A stretch of DNA of 64,000 bases from an uncultured Spirochaetota bacterium (GTDB taxonomy: Bacteria > Spirochaetota > Brevinematia > Brevinematales > JAOACQ01). A model generated the notes under the pieces. The model saw only the letters and a list, made by a program, of their open reading frames with translations, was not told the DNA's origin and did not search any database. Positions within the stretch are counted from its first letter, which is position 1, and each line of letters opens with the position of its first letter. Location: contig CAWCLF010000001.1 of the NCBI GenBank assembly GCA_963796325.1, positions 2,011,242 to 2,075,241 on the forward strand, written 5' to 3'. The translations under genes were made by a program, and so were the position numbers. Shown here piece by piece: positions 38,352 through 48,505 of the stretch.

Positions 38352-39977
38352 ATGCCCGGTAAAAAAACAACTTCATACTGGATGCTGGTTCTTCATTCCC
38401 ATCTTCCGTATGTCAGGCATCCCGAATACAATGATTCTCTCGAGGAAAGGTGGCTTTATGAAGCCATCCTGGAAACTTATATCCCCCTTCTCGATATGCT
38501 GGAAAGGCTGCAGGCGGATAATATCGACTTCAGAATTACCTTATCTCTCACTCCTCCTCTATGCGCAATGCTGACTGACGAACTTCTACAGGACAGGGCC
38601 GGAAGGCATATTGAGAAATTGATAGAACTGGCGCAAAGAGAGGTCAGGCGCACTATCTATATGCCTTTATTCAACAAGACAGCCCTGATGTACCTGGATA
38701 AAATAAAAAAGGCTTACGAAATATATTTTGAAAAATACAAGCGTAATCTTATTGCCGGATTCATCAAATACAGGGACATCGGCAAAATCGAGATAATAAC
38801 TTCGGGGGCAACGCATGGGTATCTGCCGCTTTTAAGCTCCGATTCAACCGCCGTAAGGGGCCAGGTCCTCACCGGAATCAGCGATTATATAAGGAATTTC
38901 GGTACAAGACCCAATGGAATCTGGAACAGTGAATGCGGATATTACCCCGGTCTCGAGTATTTTCTCGAAGAGGGAGGAATAAAATATTTTTTTGTAGATA
39001 CACACGGTATTCTTCATGCCGATGCATATCCGAAGTACGGTGTTTATGCCCCTATGTCTACAAAGAACAACATAGCATATTTCGGAAGGGATATGGAAAC
39101 TTCCCGTTCAGTCTGGAGTTCAAAGGAGGGTTACCCCGGTGACCCTGATTACAGGGAATTTTACAGGGATATCGGTTTCGACCTTGATTTCGATTATATC
39201 AAACCTTTCATTCATGAAAGCGGACTCCGCATATCGACAGGCATAAAATATCACAGGATCACAGGTTTAAGCGTTCCGATGGAAAATAAAGAGCCGTACG
39301 ACCCGGATAAGGCAATAAAAAAAGCATGCGATCATGCAGTCCATTTCGTTTTCAGCCGGGAGGAACAGGCTTCGAATCTTTCGATAAAAATGGACAGGGA
39401 ACCCGTTATCGTATCGCTTTATGATTCGGAGCTGTTCGGCCATTGGTGGTATGAAGGCCCCGAATTTTTATATAATGTCCTCAAATTGATGGACAGTTCC
39501 AGAACTGTAAAGACAATTACTCCTTCGGAATACCTGGCTAAATACCCGCAAAACCAGGTTGCCACTCCGCCGATGTCGAGCTGGGGTTACAAGGGGTATA
39601 ACGAATTCTGGCTTAATCAATCGAACGATTGGATATATCGTCATTTGCATAATATGGCCCAAAAAATGACACAACTGGTCGACAGGTTCGGGAAAAACCC
39701 GGGACCGCTGGAAGACCGGACCCTTAAACAGGCGGCAAGAGAGCTTTTGCTGGCGGAGTCCTCCGACTGGGCTTTTATTATGAAAGCGAATACGATGGCC
39801 GAATATGCAATAAGACGGACAAGGGAACATATTTTCCGTTTTAACAGTCTCTCGAGTATGATGGAAAAGGAAAAAATCGATGAAAGCTGGCTGGCGAAAA
39901 TTGAAAGCCATGACAATATATTCAAGGATCTGGATTACATGGTTTACAGTGGAAAGAGTCCCGTTCAGGAGTTATAA
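38352..39977 (+). CDS. Glycoside hydrolase family 57 alpha-glucan branching enzyme (GH57 plus DUF1957-type C-terminus)
   Basis: N-terminus YWMLVLHSHLPYVRHPEY...ERWLYEAILETYIPLLDML, then ELFGHWWYEGPEFL and SSDWAF. These are typical of GH57 branching enzymes. Confidence 0.85.
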   Translation: MPGKKTTSYWMLVLHSHLPYVRHPEYNDSLEERWLYEAILETYIPLLDMLERLQADNIDFRITLSLTPPLCAMLTDELLQDRAGRHIEKLIELAQREVRRTIYMPLFNKTALMYLDKIKKAYEIYFEKYKRNLIAGFIKYRDIGKIEIITSGATHGYLPLLSSDSTAVRGQVLTGISDYIRNFGTRPNGIWNSECGYYPGLEYFLEEGGIKYFFVDTHGILHADAYPKYGVYAPMSTKNNIAYFGRDMETSRSVWSSKEGYPGDPDYREFYRDIGFDLDFDYIKPFIHESGLRISTGIKYHRITGLSVPMENKEPYDPDKAIKKACDHAVHFVFSREEQASNLSIKMDREPVIVSLYDSELFGHWWYEGPEFLYNVLKLMDSSRTVKTITPSEYLAKYPQNQVATPPMSSWGYKGYNEFWLNQSNDWIYRHLHNMAQKMTQLVDRFGKNPGPLEDRTLKQAARELLLAESSDWAFIMKANTMAEYAIRRTREHIFRFNSLSSMMEKEKIDESWLAKIESHDNIFKDLDYMVYSGKSPVQEL

Positions 39978-42034
39978 TGCATGTAAAGAATTATAAAAAA
40001 ATCGATACTTCAATACTTTTTGTTGAAGATGACGAGGATACGAGAAACGGGGTTGCGGAATTCCTTAAACTAAAAATCAGCCGTGTTTATGTCGCTGTCA
40101 ACGGCCGCGAGGGGATCGAATTTTATAAAAAATACCATCCTGACATAATCATAACAGATATTAAGATGCCGGTAATGAACGGGCTGGATATGATTAAACA
40201 GATAAAAGCGATAAACTCCGAGGTAGCTTTTATCATTGTAACGGCATATAACGATATACAGTTTCTTCTCGATACCATCGAGCTCGGGATCAACCATTTT
40301 ATTCTCAAACCGATCGACGAAAGCAAACTTATCAAAGCCGTGGAAAACTGCATGAAGGTTTTTTCCCTCGAGCAGGAATTGACGAATATAACAAAATTGC
40401 TGTCGGAATACAAAAAAGCCATCGATTCCAGCTGCATAGTTTCCAAATTCGACTTGAAGGGAATTATCACCTATGTTAACGACGCCTTCTGCAATGTCAG
40501 CATGCTCCAGAGCACAGAAATTATCGGCAGGCCGTACAATTCCGCCATCAGCCCGGATATCGGCGCAGGTTTTTTGAAGGATATTATCGCAGAGGCTTCG
40601 CTATCCAATTTCTGGAAAGGGGAGATCAAAGGGAAAAAGAATAATAGTGAAGATATTTATTATATAAATACTACCATTATCCCAATAAGAAACGCGCATT
40701 ATGAAATCGAAGAATTTATGAGCATTAGTTATGAAATAACCGAGCTCATCGAAAAAAAGGAAGAACTGACAAGCCAGCTTTATATAGACAGGATGACCGG
40801 TTTCCCTAACAGGAGAAAGCTTCTCGAGGACGTCGAAAAATCTTCGAATCCGATCCTTATTATCATTAATATCGATTCCTTCCAGGAAATCAATGATTTT
40901 TATGGAAATGAAATCGGCGATTATCTCATACAGGAGATGGGCGCAAGGCTCAAGACCATACTGCCGTCGCGGGATTACAGGCTTTTTAAAATGCCTGCAG
41001 ACGAATACGCCATACTTCTGGATAAAGATATCTGCAGGGATGAATTCGAGCAGATGATTCTTGTCCTGATGAAGCTCTTCCGGGAAGAGATCAGCGAAAG
41101 AGATTTCCTTTACCAGGAGACTGTGGTCCATATAACCATAGCGATCGGCATCGCTATCGGCAGTGAAATAAACCCGGACAGGAACACCGGCGGAAAATGG
41201 CACAACCTGGCACTGAACGCCGATATGGCCCTGAAAAAGGCGAAAAGGCTCCAAAAAAACTATATAATTTATAATGAAAGCATGCAGATATCCAAAGAAT
41301 ATGAGTACAATATCAGCTGGGCAAAAAAACTGAAGGATTCGATTAAAGAGAATAATATTATTCCATACTTCCAGCCCATCCTCAACAACCATACAAAAAA
41401 GATCGAAAAATATGAATGCCTTGTAAGGATGGTCGACAGCGAGGGAAAGGTTCATTCCCCGCTGCTGTTCCTTGACATGGCAAAAAAATCAAAACTGTAC
41501 CACGATATTACGAGGATAATGCTGACAAAGTCGATAAGCAAATTTGTCGAAAAGGATTACGAATTTTCAATCAACCTTTCCGTTGACGATATTATCGATG
41601 AGGAAACAAACACTTTCATAATAAAAAAATTAAAAGACAACAAGCAAGTCGCTAAAAAACTTGTTTTTGAAATCCTGGAATCGGAAGGCATCGAGAATTA
41701 TACCCAGGTTAAATCGTTCATCGACGCCATAAAAGAATACCAGTGCAAGATTGCAATAGACGATTTCGGAACCGGGTATTCTAATTTTTCCCATATACTC
41801 CAGCTCGATGTGGATTATATTAAAATAGATGCGTCTCTTACAAAATATATTCACCAGGACAAGAACTCGCAGATCATAACCCAGACTATCGTCGAATTTA
41901 CAAAAAAACTCGATATAAAAACAATCGCCGAATTCGTTCATTCGAGGGAAGTCTACGAGAAGGTCTGCGAATTGGGGGTAGATTATTCACAGGGTTATTA
42001 TTTCGGCGAACCTAAAAATAATCTTCTGACATAA
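39977..42034 (+). CDS. Orphan response regulator REC-PAS-degenerate GGDEF-EAL (putative c-di-GMP phosphodiesterase)
   Basis: REC (ILFVEDDEDT...DIIITDIKMPVMNG) and a PAS-like region. The GGDEF position reads PADEY. EAL motifs are ECLVR, NLS, FEILESE, DDFGTGYSNF, KIDASL and QGYYFGEP. The start shares 1 nt with the GH57 stop (TAATG). Confidence 0.88.
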   Translation: MHVKNYKKIDTSILFVEDDEDTRNGVAEFLKLKISRVYVAVNGREGIEFYKKYHPDIIITDIKMPVMNGLDMIKQIKAINSEVAFIIVTAYNDIQFLLDTIELGINHFILKPIDESKLIKAVENCMKVFSLEQELTNITKLLSEYKKAIDSSCIVSKFDLKGIITYVNDAFCNVSMLQSTEIIGRPYNSAISPDIGAGFLKDIIAEASLSNFWKGEIKGKKNNSEDIYYINTTIIPIRNAHYEIEEFMSISYEITELIEKKEELTSQLYIDRMTGFPNRRKLLEDVEKSSNPILIIINIDSFQEINDFYGNEIGDYLIQEMGARLKTILPSRDYRLFKMPADEYAILLDKDICRDEFEQMILVLMKLFREEISERDFLYQETVVHITIAIGIAIGSEINPDRNTGGKWHNLALNADMALKKAKRLQKNYIIYNESMQISKEYEYNISWAKKLKDSIKENNIIPYFQPILNNHTKKIEKYECLVRMVDSEGKVHSPLLFLDMAKKSKLYHDITRIMLTKSISKFVEKDYEFSINLSVDDIIDEETNTFIIKKLKDNKQVAKKLVFEILESEGIENYTQVKSFIDAIKEYQCKIAIDDFGTGYSNFSHILQLDVDYIKIDASLTKYIHQDKNSQIITQTIVEFTKKLDIKTIAEFVHSREVYEKVCELGVDYSQGYYFGEPKNNLLT

Positions 42035-42044
42035 CGGAGGACCC

Positions 42045-43265
42045 ATGGACATAGATATTCCGGATAAACCGGATCAAAAACCCGGAAATCCCGGCAAAAA
42101 GAATGAAAATGATGGAAATGCGGCCTTAAGGAATGCCGTTCTTCTCTTTAAAAAAAAGGGGACATCCAGGGATTTTCAGAAAATCATTGAAATTTTAAAT
42201 GTATATACTGAACTTCATCCGGGCGATGTTCTGGCAAACAAGCTTCTTGCATTTTCTCTCTGCGAGATCAAGTCCTACGAAGAGGCCCGGCTTGTTTTCC
42301 GTTCCATATATAACAATTACCCGGATGAAACAGACGTGTTGAACGCACTGGCATGGCTCGGCCTCCAGGATGGAAATACGGAAGAATCAATAAATTATCT
42401 CCTGGATGCAATTTATATCGATAAAAACAATCTGCAGCTCAAGAAAAACCTTGAAGACCTTAAAAACCTGAAAGACCCCAGGGTATTTTTCAGGATGTCG
42501 CGGTCCAGGGATTTCCTGTTTACCAATCTTCCCAGGGAAACAGCGGTGGAAAAGATCGAGAGAGACTTGAACAATGTTTTGAAATCGCCGTTAGCCCGTA
42601 CAGCAGTAATTTTAGCGTCTGTTATCTTTTTATGCCTGATCATTTATCGCAACTATCCGGGAATTGTAAATTTATTCGAGGAATACCGTTTCAAGAAAGG
42701 GCTCGGACAGGGCCGTGTCACTCATGTTACAATTCAGGATATAAATAAAATAATCGACGAAAGAAAGCTTTACAATATCAAACTGTCCGAACAGGATATT
42801 AAGAAAAAATTCGATCTCTTAAATAATTATATGGAAGAAAAAAAGCGCAACCAGGCGATGATGCTGATCAATGAACTTCTGAATTCAAACGCAAGCGATT
42901 ATGTTAAAGAAAGGGTTCTGGTCCTTAAAGAAGTAATGCCCGATATCGATATAAACAAAATCGATTACCAGCCGAGCGTCCAGGAAGTCACACGGATACC
43001 GTTTTTATACCAGGACGTTTATGTCAGGTGGTACGGTACTGTTGCGAACCTTGAACATAAGGAAAGACGCGAAACGGTATTCGATCTTCTAATTAATTTT
43101 ATAGATAATGCAGTTGTCGAAGGCATTGCCGAGTCCCATTTCCAGGGTTTCCAGAATATAACAAGCGGTGAAAAAGTCGGAATTGTCGGGCTGGTTGCGG
43201 GGATAACAATTGATAATAAAATTATTGTAAAAGGACTTCAAATTCAAAGGCTGGATAACAGGTAA
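42045..43265 (+). CDS. TPR-repeat membrane protein, function unknown
   Basis: N-terminal TPR-like helices (LANKLLAFSLCEIKSYEEARLVFRSIY...), one TM helix (TAVILASVIFLCLIIY) and a C-terminal beta-rich domain. It sits tightly between the PDE gene and miaB. Confidence 0.55.
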   Translation: MDIDIPDKPDQKPGNPGKKNENDGNAALRNAVLLFKKKGTSRDFQKIIEILNVYTELHPGDVLANKLLAFSLCEIKSYEEARLVFRSIYNNYPDETDVLNALAWLGLQDGNTEESINYLLDAIYIDKNNLQLKKNLEDLKNLKDPRVFFRMSRSRDFLFTNLPRETAVEKIERDLNNVLKSPLARTAVILASVIFLCLIIYRNYPGIVNLFEEYRFKKGLGQGRVTHVTIQDINKIIDERKLYNIKLSEQDIKKKFDLLNNYMEEKKRNQAMMLINELLNSNASDYVKERVLVLKEVMPDIDINKIDYQPSVQEVTRIPFLYQDVYVRWYGTVANLEHKERRETVFDLLINFIDNAVVEGIAESHFQGFQNITSGEKVGIVGLVAGITIDNKIIVKGLQIQRLDNR

Positions 43266-43267
43266 TA

Positions 43268-44590
43268 ATGATAAGGTTCTTCATAGAAAATTACGGCTGC
43301 CAGATGAATTCGGGCGAAAGCGATTCCCTGAGGGCCGCCTTGTCCGGTGAAGGATTCATCGAAGCTTCGAATCCCTCCGAGGCCGATGTGGCAATAATCA
43401 ACACCTGCAGCGTCAGGAAGACGGCGGAAGAAAGGATCATCGGAAGGCTTGGATTTTACAGGGGCCTCAGGGAAAAAAAGGGTTCCAGGGTAAAAGTTCT
43501 TTTTTTGGGATGCATGGCCCAGAGTAAAGGCATTGAAATCAGGGAAAAATACCCGGATATTGTCATTGGAGTATGGGGAACATATAATAAGGCTGAAATT
43601 GCAGATTACCTGAAACGGAGTTCCTGGGAAATTGAAAATCTTGATCTTTCTAATTATCGATTCATGGAAGCTTCGCCTCAAAATAAATATCCCTTTAAGA
43701 GCTTTGTTCCAATTTCACATGGATGCAATAATTTCTGCAGTTACTGCATAGTTCCGTATGTAAGGGGAAGGGAGGTCTGCAGGAAAAGCTCTGATATACT
43801 GGATAATATATTCTCCCTTATGGACCGGGGCGTGCTTGAAGTTACCCTCCTCGGGCAAAACGTTAATTCTTATAAAGACGGAAATGTCGATTTTCCAGGA
43901 CTCCTTGACATGATATCAGTTAAAACAAAAATTCCCAGGATCACTTTCCTCACTTCGCATCCAAAAGATATGTCGAAGGAACTTATCGAAGCCGTTAAAA
44001 CCCATGATAATATCCTTAAAACGATACATCTGCCTCTTCAGTCCGCCAGCGACAGGATTCTCTCAGGAATGAACAGGCATTATACATTCGGTGAATACAT
44101 CGATAAAATCGAAATAATCAGGACGATACCCGGAGTCGTGATAAGCACCGATATCATTGCGGGTTTCCCCGGCGAGACTGATGAAGAATTTATCGAGACG
44201 CTCGATGCGGTCGGCAATATAAAATTCGATGAAGTTTTTATGTATTACTACAACAGCAGGCCCGGTACGGCTGCACTGAATTTAAAGCCGGAAGTCCCGT
44301 TAAAAATAAAGAAAGAACGGCTGGGGATTCTTATAAAGCTTCAGCATGAAATTTCAAGGCAGAGACTTTCATCTTTTACAGGCTTTAAAACGACGGCCCT
44401 TATCGACGGGAAGAGTAAAAAGGACGGGAGCGAATTGACAGGACGGACCCACAACGGTCTTGCGATCTACCTTTCAGGTGATCCGGGCCTTACAGGCCGG
44501 ATCGTCCCGGTCCAAATCACCGGAAGAAGCGGCACCGGTTTAAAAGCGAGTATAATAACCGAATACCTGCGTGACTCTACCCTGGTATAA
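43268..44590 (+). CDS. miaB: tRNA-i6A37 methylthiotransferase MiaB (radical SAM)
   Basis: UPF0004 N-terminus FIENYGCQMNSGESD...INTCSVR, the radical-SAM cluster HGCNNFCSYCIVPYVRG, and a C-terminal TRAM domain. Confidence 0.9.
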   Translation: MIRFFIENYGCQMNSGESDSLRAALSGEGFIEASNPSEADVAIINTCSVRKTAEERIIGRLGFYRGLREKKGSRVKVLFLGCMAQSKGIEIREKYPDIVIGVWGTYNKAEIADYLKRSSWEIENLDLSNYRFMEASPQNKYPFKSFVPISHGCNNFCSYCIVPYVRGREVCRKSSDILDNIFSLMDRGVLEVTLLGQNVNSYKDGNVDFPGLLDMISVKTKIPRITFLTSHPKDMSKELIEAVKTHDNILKTIHLPLQSASDRILSGMNRHYTFGEYIDKIEIIRTIPGVVISTDIIAGFPGETDEEFIETLDAVGNIKFDEVFMYYYNSRPGTAALNLKPEVPLKIKKERLGILIKLQHEISRQRLSSFTGFKTTALIDGKSKKDGSELTGRTHNGLAIYLSGDPGLTGRIVPVQITGRSGTGLKASIITEYLRDSTLV

Positions 44591-46583
44591 GGAAGAACAT
44601 TCCGCCCAGAATTGAAAAAGCCAGGGCCGAATATACCCCAAAATAATACAGCATGATCATGCGTGATTTCCTGAGCCTGTCCAGCAGCCAGATTATAACA
44701 GCAATTATAGGTAATAATACGGGAAAAATATAACGGAAATCCGCCAGGCATGAAAACGGCATCCTTATTCTTAAAACAATCATCGAAGCAAGCGCGATAA
44801 TGAAATATATAAGAAGCGTATCCAATTTTCCGATTTCCATTTTATTTAATGAAAAAACACCTTCGCTTTCTAAAGATAAAAGCATTGAAGGCATGTACCC
44901 CGGGTGAAGGAAGAATCGTTTTCTTGCCTTGAGAACCGGAAGGATTATTCCTCGTAAAATTATTATTATTCCGGCAATAAAATAACCGGTAAGCAAAAGA
45001 AGAAGAATGGAGAGGCAAAAACTCAGGATCTGGTGGTAGGGGCTCGGAAAAAAGAATTCTCCGAACAGCGAGGATTTCAGAAGGAAATTCCAGAAATACT
45101 GGCGTCCTCCTTCATCGGTCCATGTCGATATATATGGAAATCCTGCAAATGCAGGAAAATCGAAATAGGTATAATTGACAAGCTTGTTGCCTACCCTTAG
45201 ACCGTTGTTGATATTGGACGGGTCTATGATTATAGCCGCCATGTACCAGTCGGAACGCCGGTCATTCAATGCATAGTACAAATTAGAGATCCTTGGCAGA
45301 ATAAAGGCGCCGCTGAATAACAGGACTGCCAGTGCCGCTTTTTTTAGGAAATCTTTTAAATTTCTTTTTTCATATAATCGGATCAGGAGAATCGATCCCG
45401 TGACGGCAAAAAGGATAAGTCCGCTCGATTTCGTCAGAATATTCAAAACCGCAGATAACAGTAACATAGCCCATGAGAATAATGAATTTTCTTCTCTCCA
45501 GACGACGGCATAATAAAGGAAAGCGGCGGTAAATAAATAAACCATGTCATCGTTGCCGATCCGGGCGCCATTAATAAATCCTGAAGGCCAGAAACATAGA
45601 AGAGCAGCACAGATATAGATCCATTTGCGGTCAGGGATCAAGCGGGACAATAAGCGGATGCCGAAATAAAGAAAACCCAGGTAACAGATGAAGGAAAAGC
45701 CCTGGAGCATTTTATAAAGATCTTTTATTCCGGCATTTTGACCTGTAAAGTATAAAACGGCTGATAAGACATAATAGAGGGGAGGCTGGTGATATTCCCA
45801 GCCCCGGTCCGGCCTCGGCAGGCTCCGGTTGTTGACAATATATTCTATATAATTGATATGACCGGTATTCCCTTCCAGGATATCATAGGTATTTTTATCG
45901 AACGGCGTATAATAGAGATAGAATAAATGGACGGCAATTCCCGCCAGAACAATGATAAAAAGTTTTTTATCCTTAATAAAAGAATAAAGAAAGAAAGCTA
46001 TGAAGAATAGCAGAATTGCGGCAAGGAGCAATACGATTATGAACCGGAACGGATTCTGCATAACCGGCGCATTCTCGATCCTGATCCCGGCCCTTCCCTT
46101 TCCCCTGTCAAGTATTGAAATTGAAAAATGGTTTTCACCTGGTTTAAGATAGTTTTTCAACTGCAGTAAAATCCCGTTGACAAAATCGCTTCTTGCACTT
46201 TCGGGAAAAGGTTTTAAGGATACTTCGGCATCGTTGATCCTGACCGATTCAATATAATCGTCAGGGACAATCTTTACGGCCGGATAAGAGAACGATCCCA
46301 TGAATATTGTCCCCTCGAAAATATAACGGAGCCTTTTTGAAGATTCAACGCTGTAAGGAAGAACCGCCGTGAGATAATTTGTCGCTTCGGTATTTCCGTT
46401 TGTAACTATGTTCAAAAGCCTTGTTTCACGGATCTCAGGATCGATTCCCGGGGAAATTATGCCGTACAAGAATGCTGAAGCGATAACGATAAATACTGAA
46501 GCCCACCTCGAGAATAACTTCATCCTCAATTTCCGGTACTTTATATCATTATCGTTAATTGCCGGATTCATCTTCTGCATCAA
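44577..46583 (-). CDS. Polytopic membrane protein, GT39/ArnT/PMT-like glycosyltransferase (tentative)
   Basis: 668 aa with more than 10 predicted TM helices and an extracytoplasmic insert after TM1. The layout resembles GT-C family 39 enzymes, but I can name no diagnostic motif with certainty. The 3' end overlaps miaB by 14 nt. Confidence 0.45.
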   Translation of the reverse strand: MMQKMNPAINDNDIKYRKLRMKLFSRWASVFIVIASAFLYGIISPGIDPEIRETRLLNIVTNGNTEATNYLTAVLPYSVESSKRLRYIFEGTIFMGSFSYPAVKIVPDDYIESVRINDAEVSLKPFPESARSDFVNGILLQLKNYLKPGENHFSISILDRGKGRAGIRIENAPVMQNPFRFIIVLLLAAILLFFIAFFLYSFIKDKKLFIIVLAGIAVHLFYLYYTPFDKNTYDILEGNTGHINYIEYIVNNRSLPRPDRGWEYHQPPLYYVLSAVLYFTGQNAGIKDLYKMLQGFSFICYLGFLYFGIRLLSRLIPDRKWIYICAALLCFWPSGFINGARIGNDDMVYLFTAAFLYYAVVWREENSLFSWAMLLLSAVLNILTKSSGLILFAVTGSILLIRLYEKRNLKDFLKKAALAVLLFSGAFILPRISNLYYALNDRRSDWYMAAIIIDPSNINNGLRVGNKLVNYTYFDFPAFAGFPYISTWTDEGGRQYFWNFLLKSSLFGEFFFPSPYHQILSFCLSILLLLLTGYFIAGIIIILRGIILPVLKARKRFFLHPGYMPSMLLSLESEGVFSLNKMEIGKLDTLLIYFIIALASMIVLRIRMPFSCLADFRYIFPVLLPIIAVIIWLLDRLRKSRMIMLYYFGVYSALAFSILGGMFFLIPG

Positions 46584-46843
46584 CCTTCATATGCCTTTTC
46601 ATATATCTTTACTTGATTATATTTGATCCTTCTTAAAAATTCAAAAAAACTGCCTGCCGGAAAAGACGAGACTGTTTTATCGGGGTCGGTCTTAATAAAA
46701 TCTCCCTGTTTTCAATTCAAGAATTTTTATTCCGAGTTTTTTGACAAAAAACGGGTTTCAATTCAAAATATTCCTTCATGATTTATTAAGTCAGCTTTCC
46801 CGGTTGTGTAACGTTTAAAACGATTAATATCCAAGGGGGATAT

Positions 46844-47296
46844 ATGTCAAAAGACAATGTTCTGCACATTGATGAAAGCATGATCGATACTGTCCTTGCA
46901 GAAGACATTAATTTCCAGGGTACAATGAAGTTTACAAAATCCCTTATGATCAAGGGAAAATTTGAAGGCCAGATCGAAGCTTCCGGTCATCTTATCATTG
47001 GTCCGAACGCCGTCGTGACCGCCACGATCAAATCGGGAGTTATCACCAATTACGGCCAGATCAACGGAGACGTCGAGGGCACGGAAAGGCTCGAGCTTTT
47101 TAACAATGCAAAACTTTCCGGCGATATCAAGACGCCCGAATTGATCATCGAAAGCGGGTGCAATTTCAACGGAAACTGTGTTATGGGCGACAGAAAACAT
47201 GCTCCGTCGAGCCCTTCCTTAAACGTATCACAGAGTTCGGCACAGCAGCCGCAGGCATCGGCACAGCCCCAGCCGTCCCAGCCTCACAAAAGATAA
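46844..47296 (+). CDS. Bactofilin (DUF583) cytoskeletal protein with a P/Q/S-rich tail
   Basis: The beta-helical repeat pattern FQGTMKFTKSLMIKGKFEGQIEASGHLIIGPNAVVTATIKSGVITNYGQINGDVEG...AKLSGDIKTPELIIESGCNFNGNC is canonical for bactofilins. Confidence 0.88.
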   Translation: MSKDNVLHIDESMIDTVLAEDINFQGTMKFTKSLMIKGKFEGQIEASGHLIIGPNAVVTATIKSGVITNYGQINGDVEGTERLELFNNAKLSGDIKTPELIIESGCNFNGNCVMGDRKHAPSSPSLNVSQSSAQQPQASAQPQPSQPHKR

Positions 47297-47306
47297 TCCG
47301 CCGGTT

Positions 47307-48119
47307 TCAGCCAAGAGATAATTTTTTGAGTACCGACGAAAAATCAGCGGGAATTTCAGCTTTAATCGAGATATTCCTGCCCGTAAAAGGGCATTTGTAT
47401 GATATCCTGTAAGAATGCAGCATCTGCCTTGCGATCATTCTGAGACGTTTATCCGTAATTTTCTTGAGGCCGTATTCCTTGTCCCCTGCTATGGGGAAAC
47501 GGATGCCGGACAGATGAATGCGGATTTGATGTTTTCTTCCCGTAAGAGGTTCTATCCTGAAATAAGAAAATCCATTGTTTTTTTTAATCAATTCGATAAC
47601 CGAAACTGCCTTTCTGCCGTCAATATCCCTTTCTATAGTTACAGTGTTGAAATCTGCCTCATTGTAAGAAACGGCGAGATAAATCTTTTTAACCTCCCCG
47701 CCCTTCCAGATCGATTTAAATCTTTCGAAAACCTCATTGGTTTTTGCATACAGCAATACCCCCGATGTATCCCTGTCGAGCCGGTGGATAGCCCTGATAT
47801 TGCCGTTTTTATATTTAGTCCTCAAGGCTGACTCCAGGCTTTCCGGATCATCGTCTGATAATATCCGCGGAGGTTTATCGGCCGCCATAATATATTCGTC
47901 TTCATAGATCAATGAAACATCGGAACCTTCGGCCGCATTACCTGCATATTCCACCACATCGCCTTCGCTTAATGGATGCGATGCAATCCAAATCCTCCTG
48001 TTGTTGACAAACACAAGCTTTTCATCGATCAGGTTTTTTGCTTTTTTTTTGGAAATCGATAAGACTCCGGACAGGAATGATACAAGGCTTGAAGCCTCTT
48101 CTATAACCCAGCGGTTCAT
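47307..48119 (-). CDS. RluA-family pseudouridine synthase with an N-terminal S4-like domain
   Basis: Catalytic motif HRLDRDTSGVLLYAK and the downstream GRKHQIRIHL. Confidence 0.88.
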   Translation of the reverse strand: MNRWVIEEASSLVSFLSGVLSISKKKAKNLIDEKLVFVNNRRIWIASHPLSEGDVVEYAGNAAEGSDVSLIYEDEYIMAADKPPRILSDDDPESLESALRTKYKNGNIRAIHRLDRDTSGVLLYAKTNEVFERFKSIWKGGEVKKIYLAVSYNEADFNTVTIERDIDGRKAVSVIELIKKNNGFSYFRIEPLTGRKHQIRIHLSGIRFPIAGDKEYGLKKITDKRLRMIARQMLHSYRISYKCPFTGRNISIKAEIPADFSSVLKKLSLG

Positions 48120-48328
48120 TATTCCGCTTCTTTATCCCCTTTAAACCTGATAGCCAGACCTGCAATGACGACGCCGAGGCCGATGATGACTACTGAAATC
48201 GAAAAGAATGCCAGAGTACCGTCGTAATTTGTTGTAATAAAAGAAATAAGAAAGAATCCGAAGTAAGTCAACAGGATGCCGACAATCACAAAGAGCCAGT
48301 TCAGCCTTTTCATCAGGCTTTTTTTCAT
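48119..48328 (-). CDS. Small two-TM membrane protein
   Basis: 69 aa with two hydrophobic helices (WLFVIVGILLTYFGFFLISFI, FFSISVVIIGLGVVIAGLAI). The stop overlaps the pseudouridine synthase start. Confidence 0.45.
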   Translation of the reverse strand: MKKSLMKRLNWLFVIVGILLTYFGFFLISFITTNYDGTLAFFSISVVIIGLGVVIAGLAIRFKGDKEAE

Positions 48329-48505
48329 TATGAAGCCTCCGTAGAGATCAGGAATATAATGAATTATAATTTATTTTCATAAAACCTTCAATTTTCCATA
48401 AAGAATTTAAAGATGGTGAACAGTGAAAACATTCAATGAAGATATTATTTTGCTTTTACATGCTCTTTATTTTAAACTGGATCAAAGTAATAACCGGAGA
48501 ACTGC

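Noticed and set aside
40601-41455. A 284-aa ORF antisense to the REC-PAS-GGDEF-EAL gene. Similar long antisense ORFs occur at 24350..24979 (inside fliF) and 32966..33538 (across the macro and LbH genes).
   Set aside because: They lie fully inside well-supported genes on the opposite strand. They have no SD or recognisable motifs, and their composition is low-complexity and hydrophobic or basic. This is typical of stop-codon-poor antisense frames in biased genomes.
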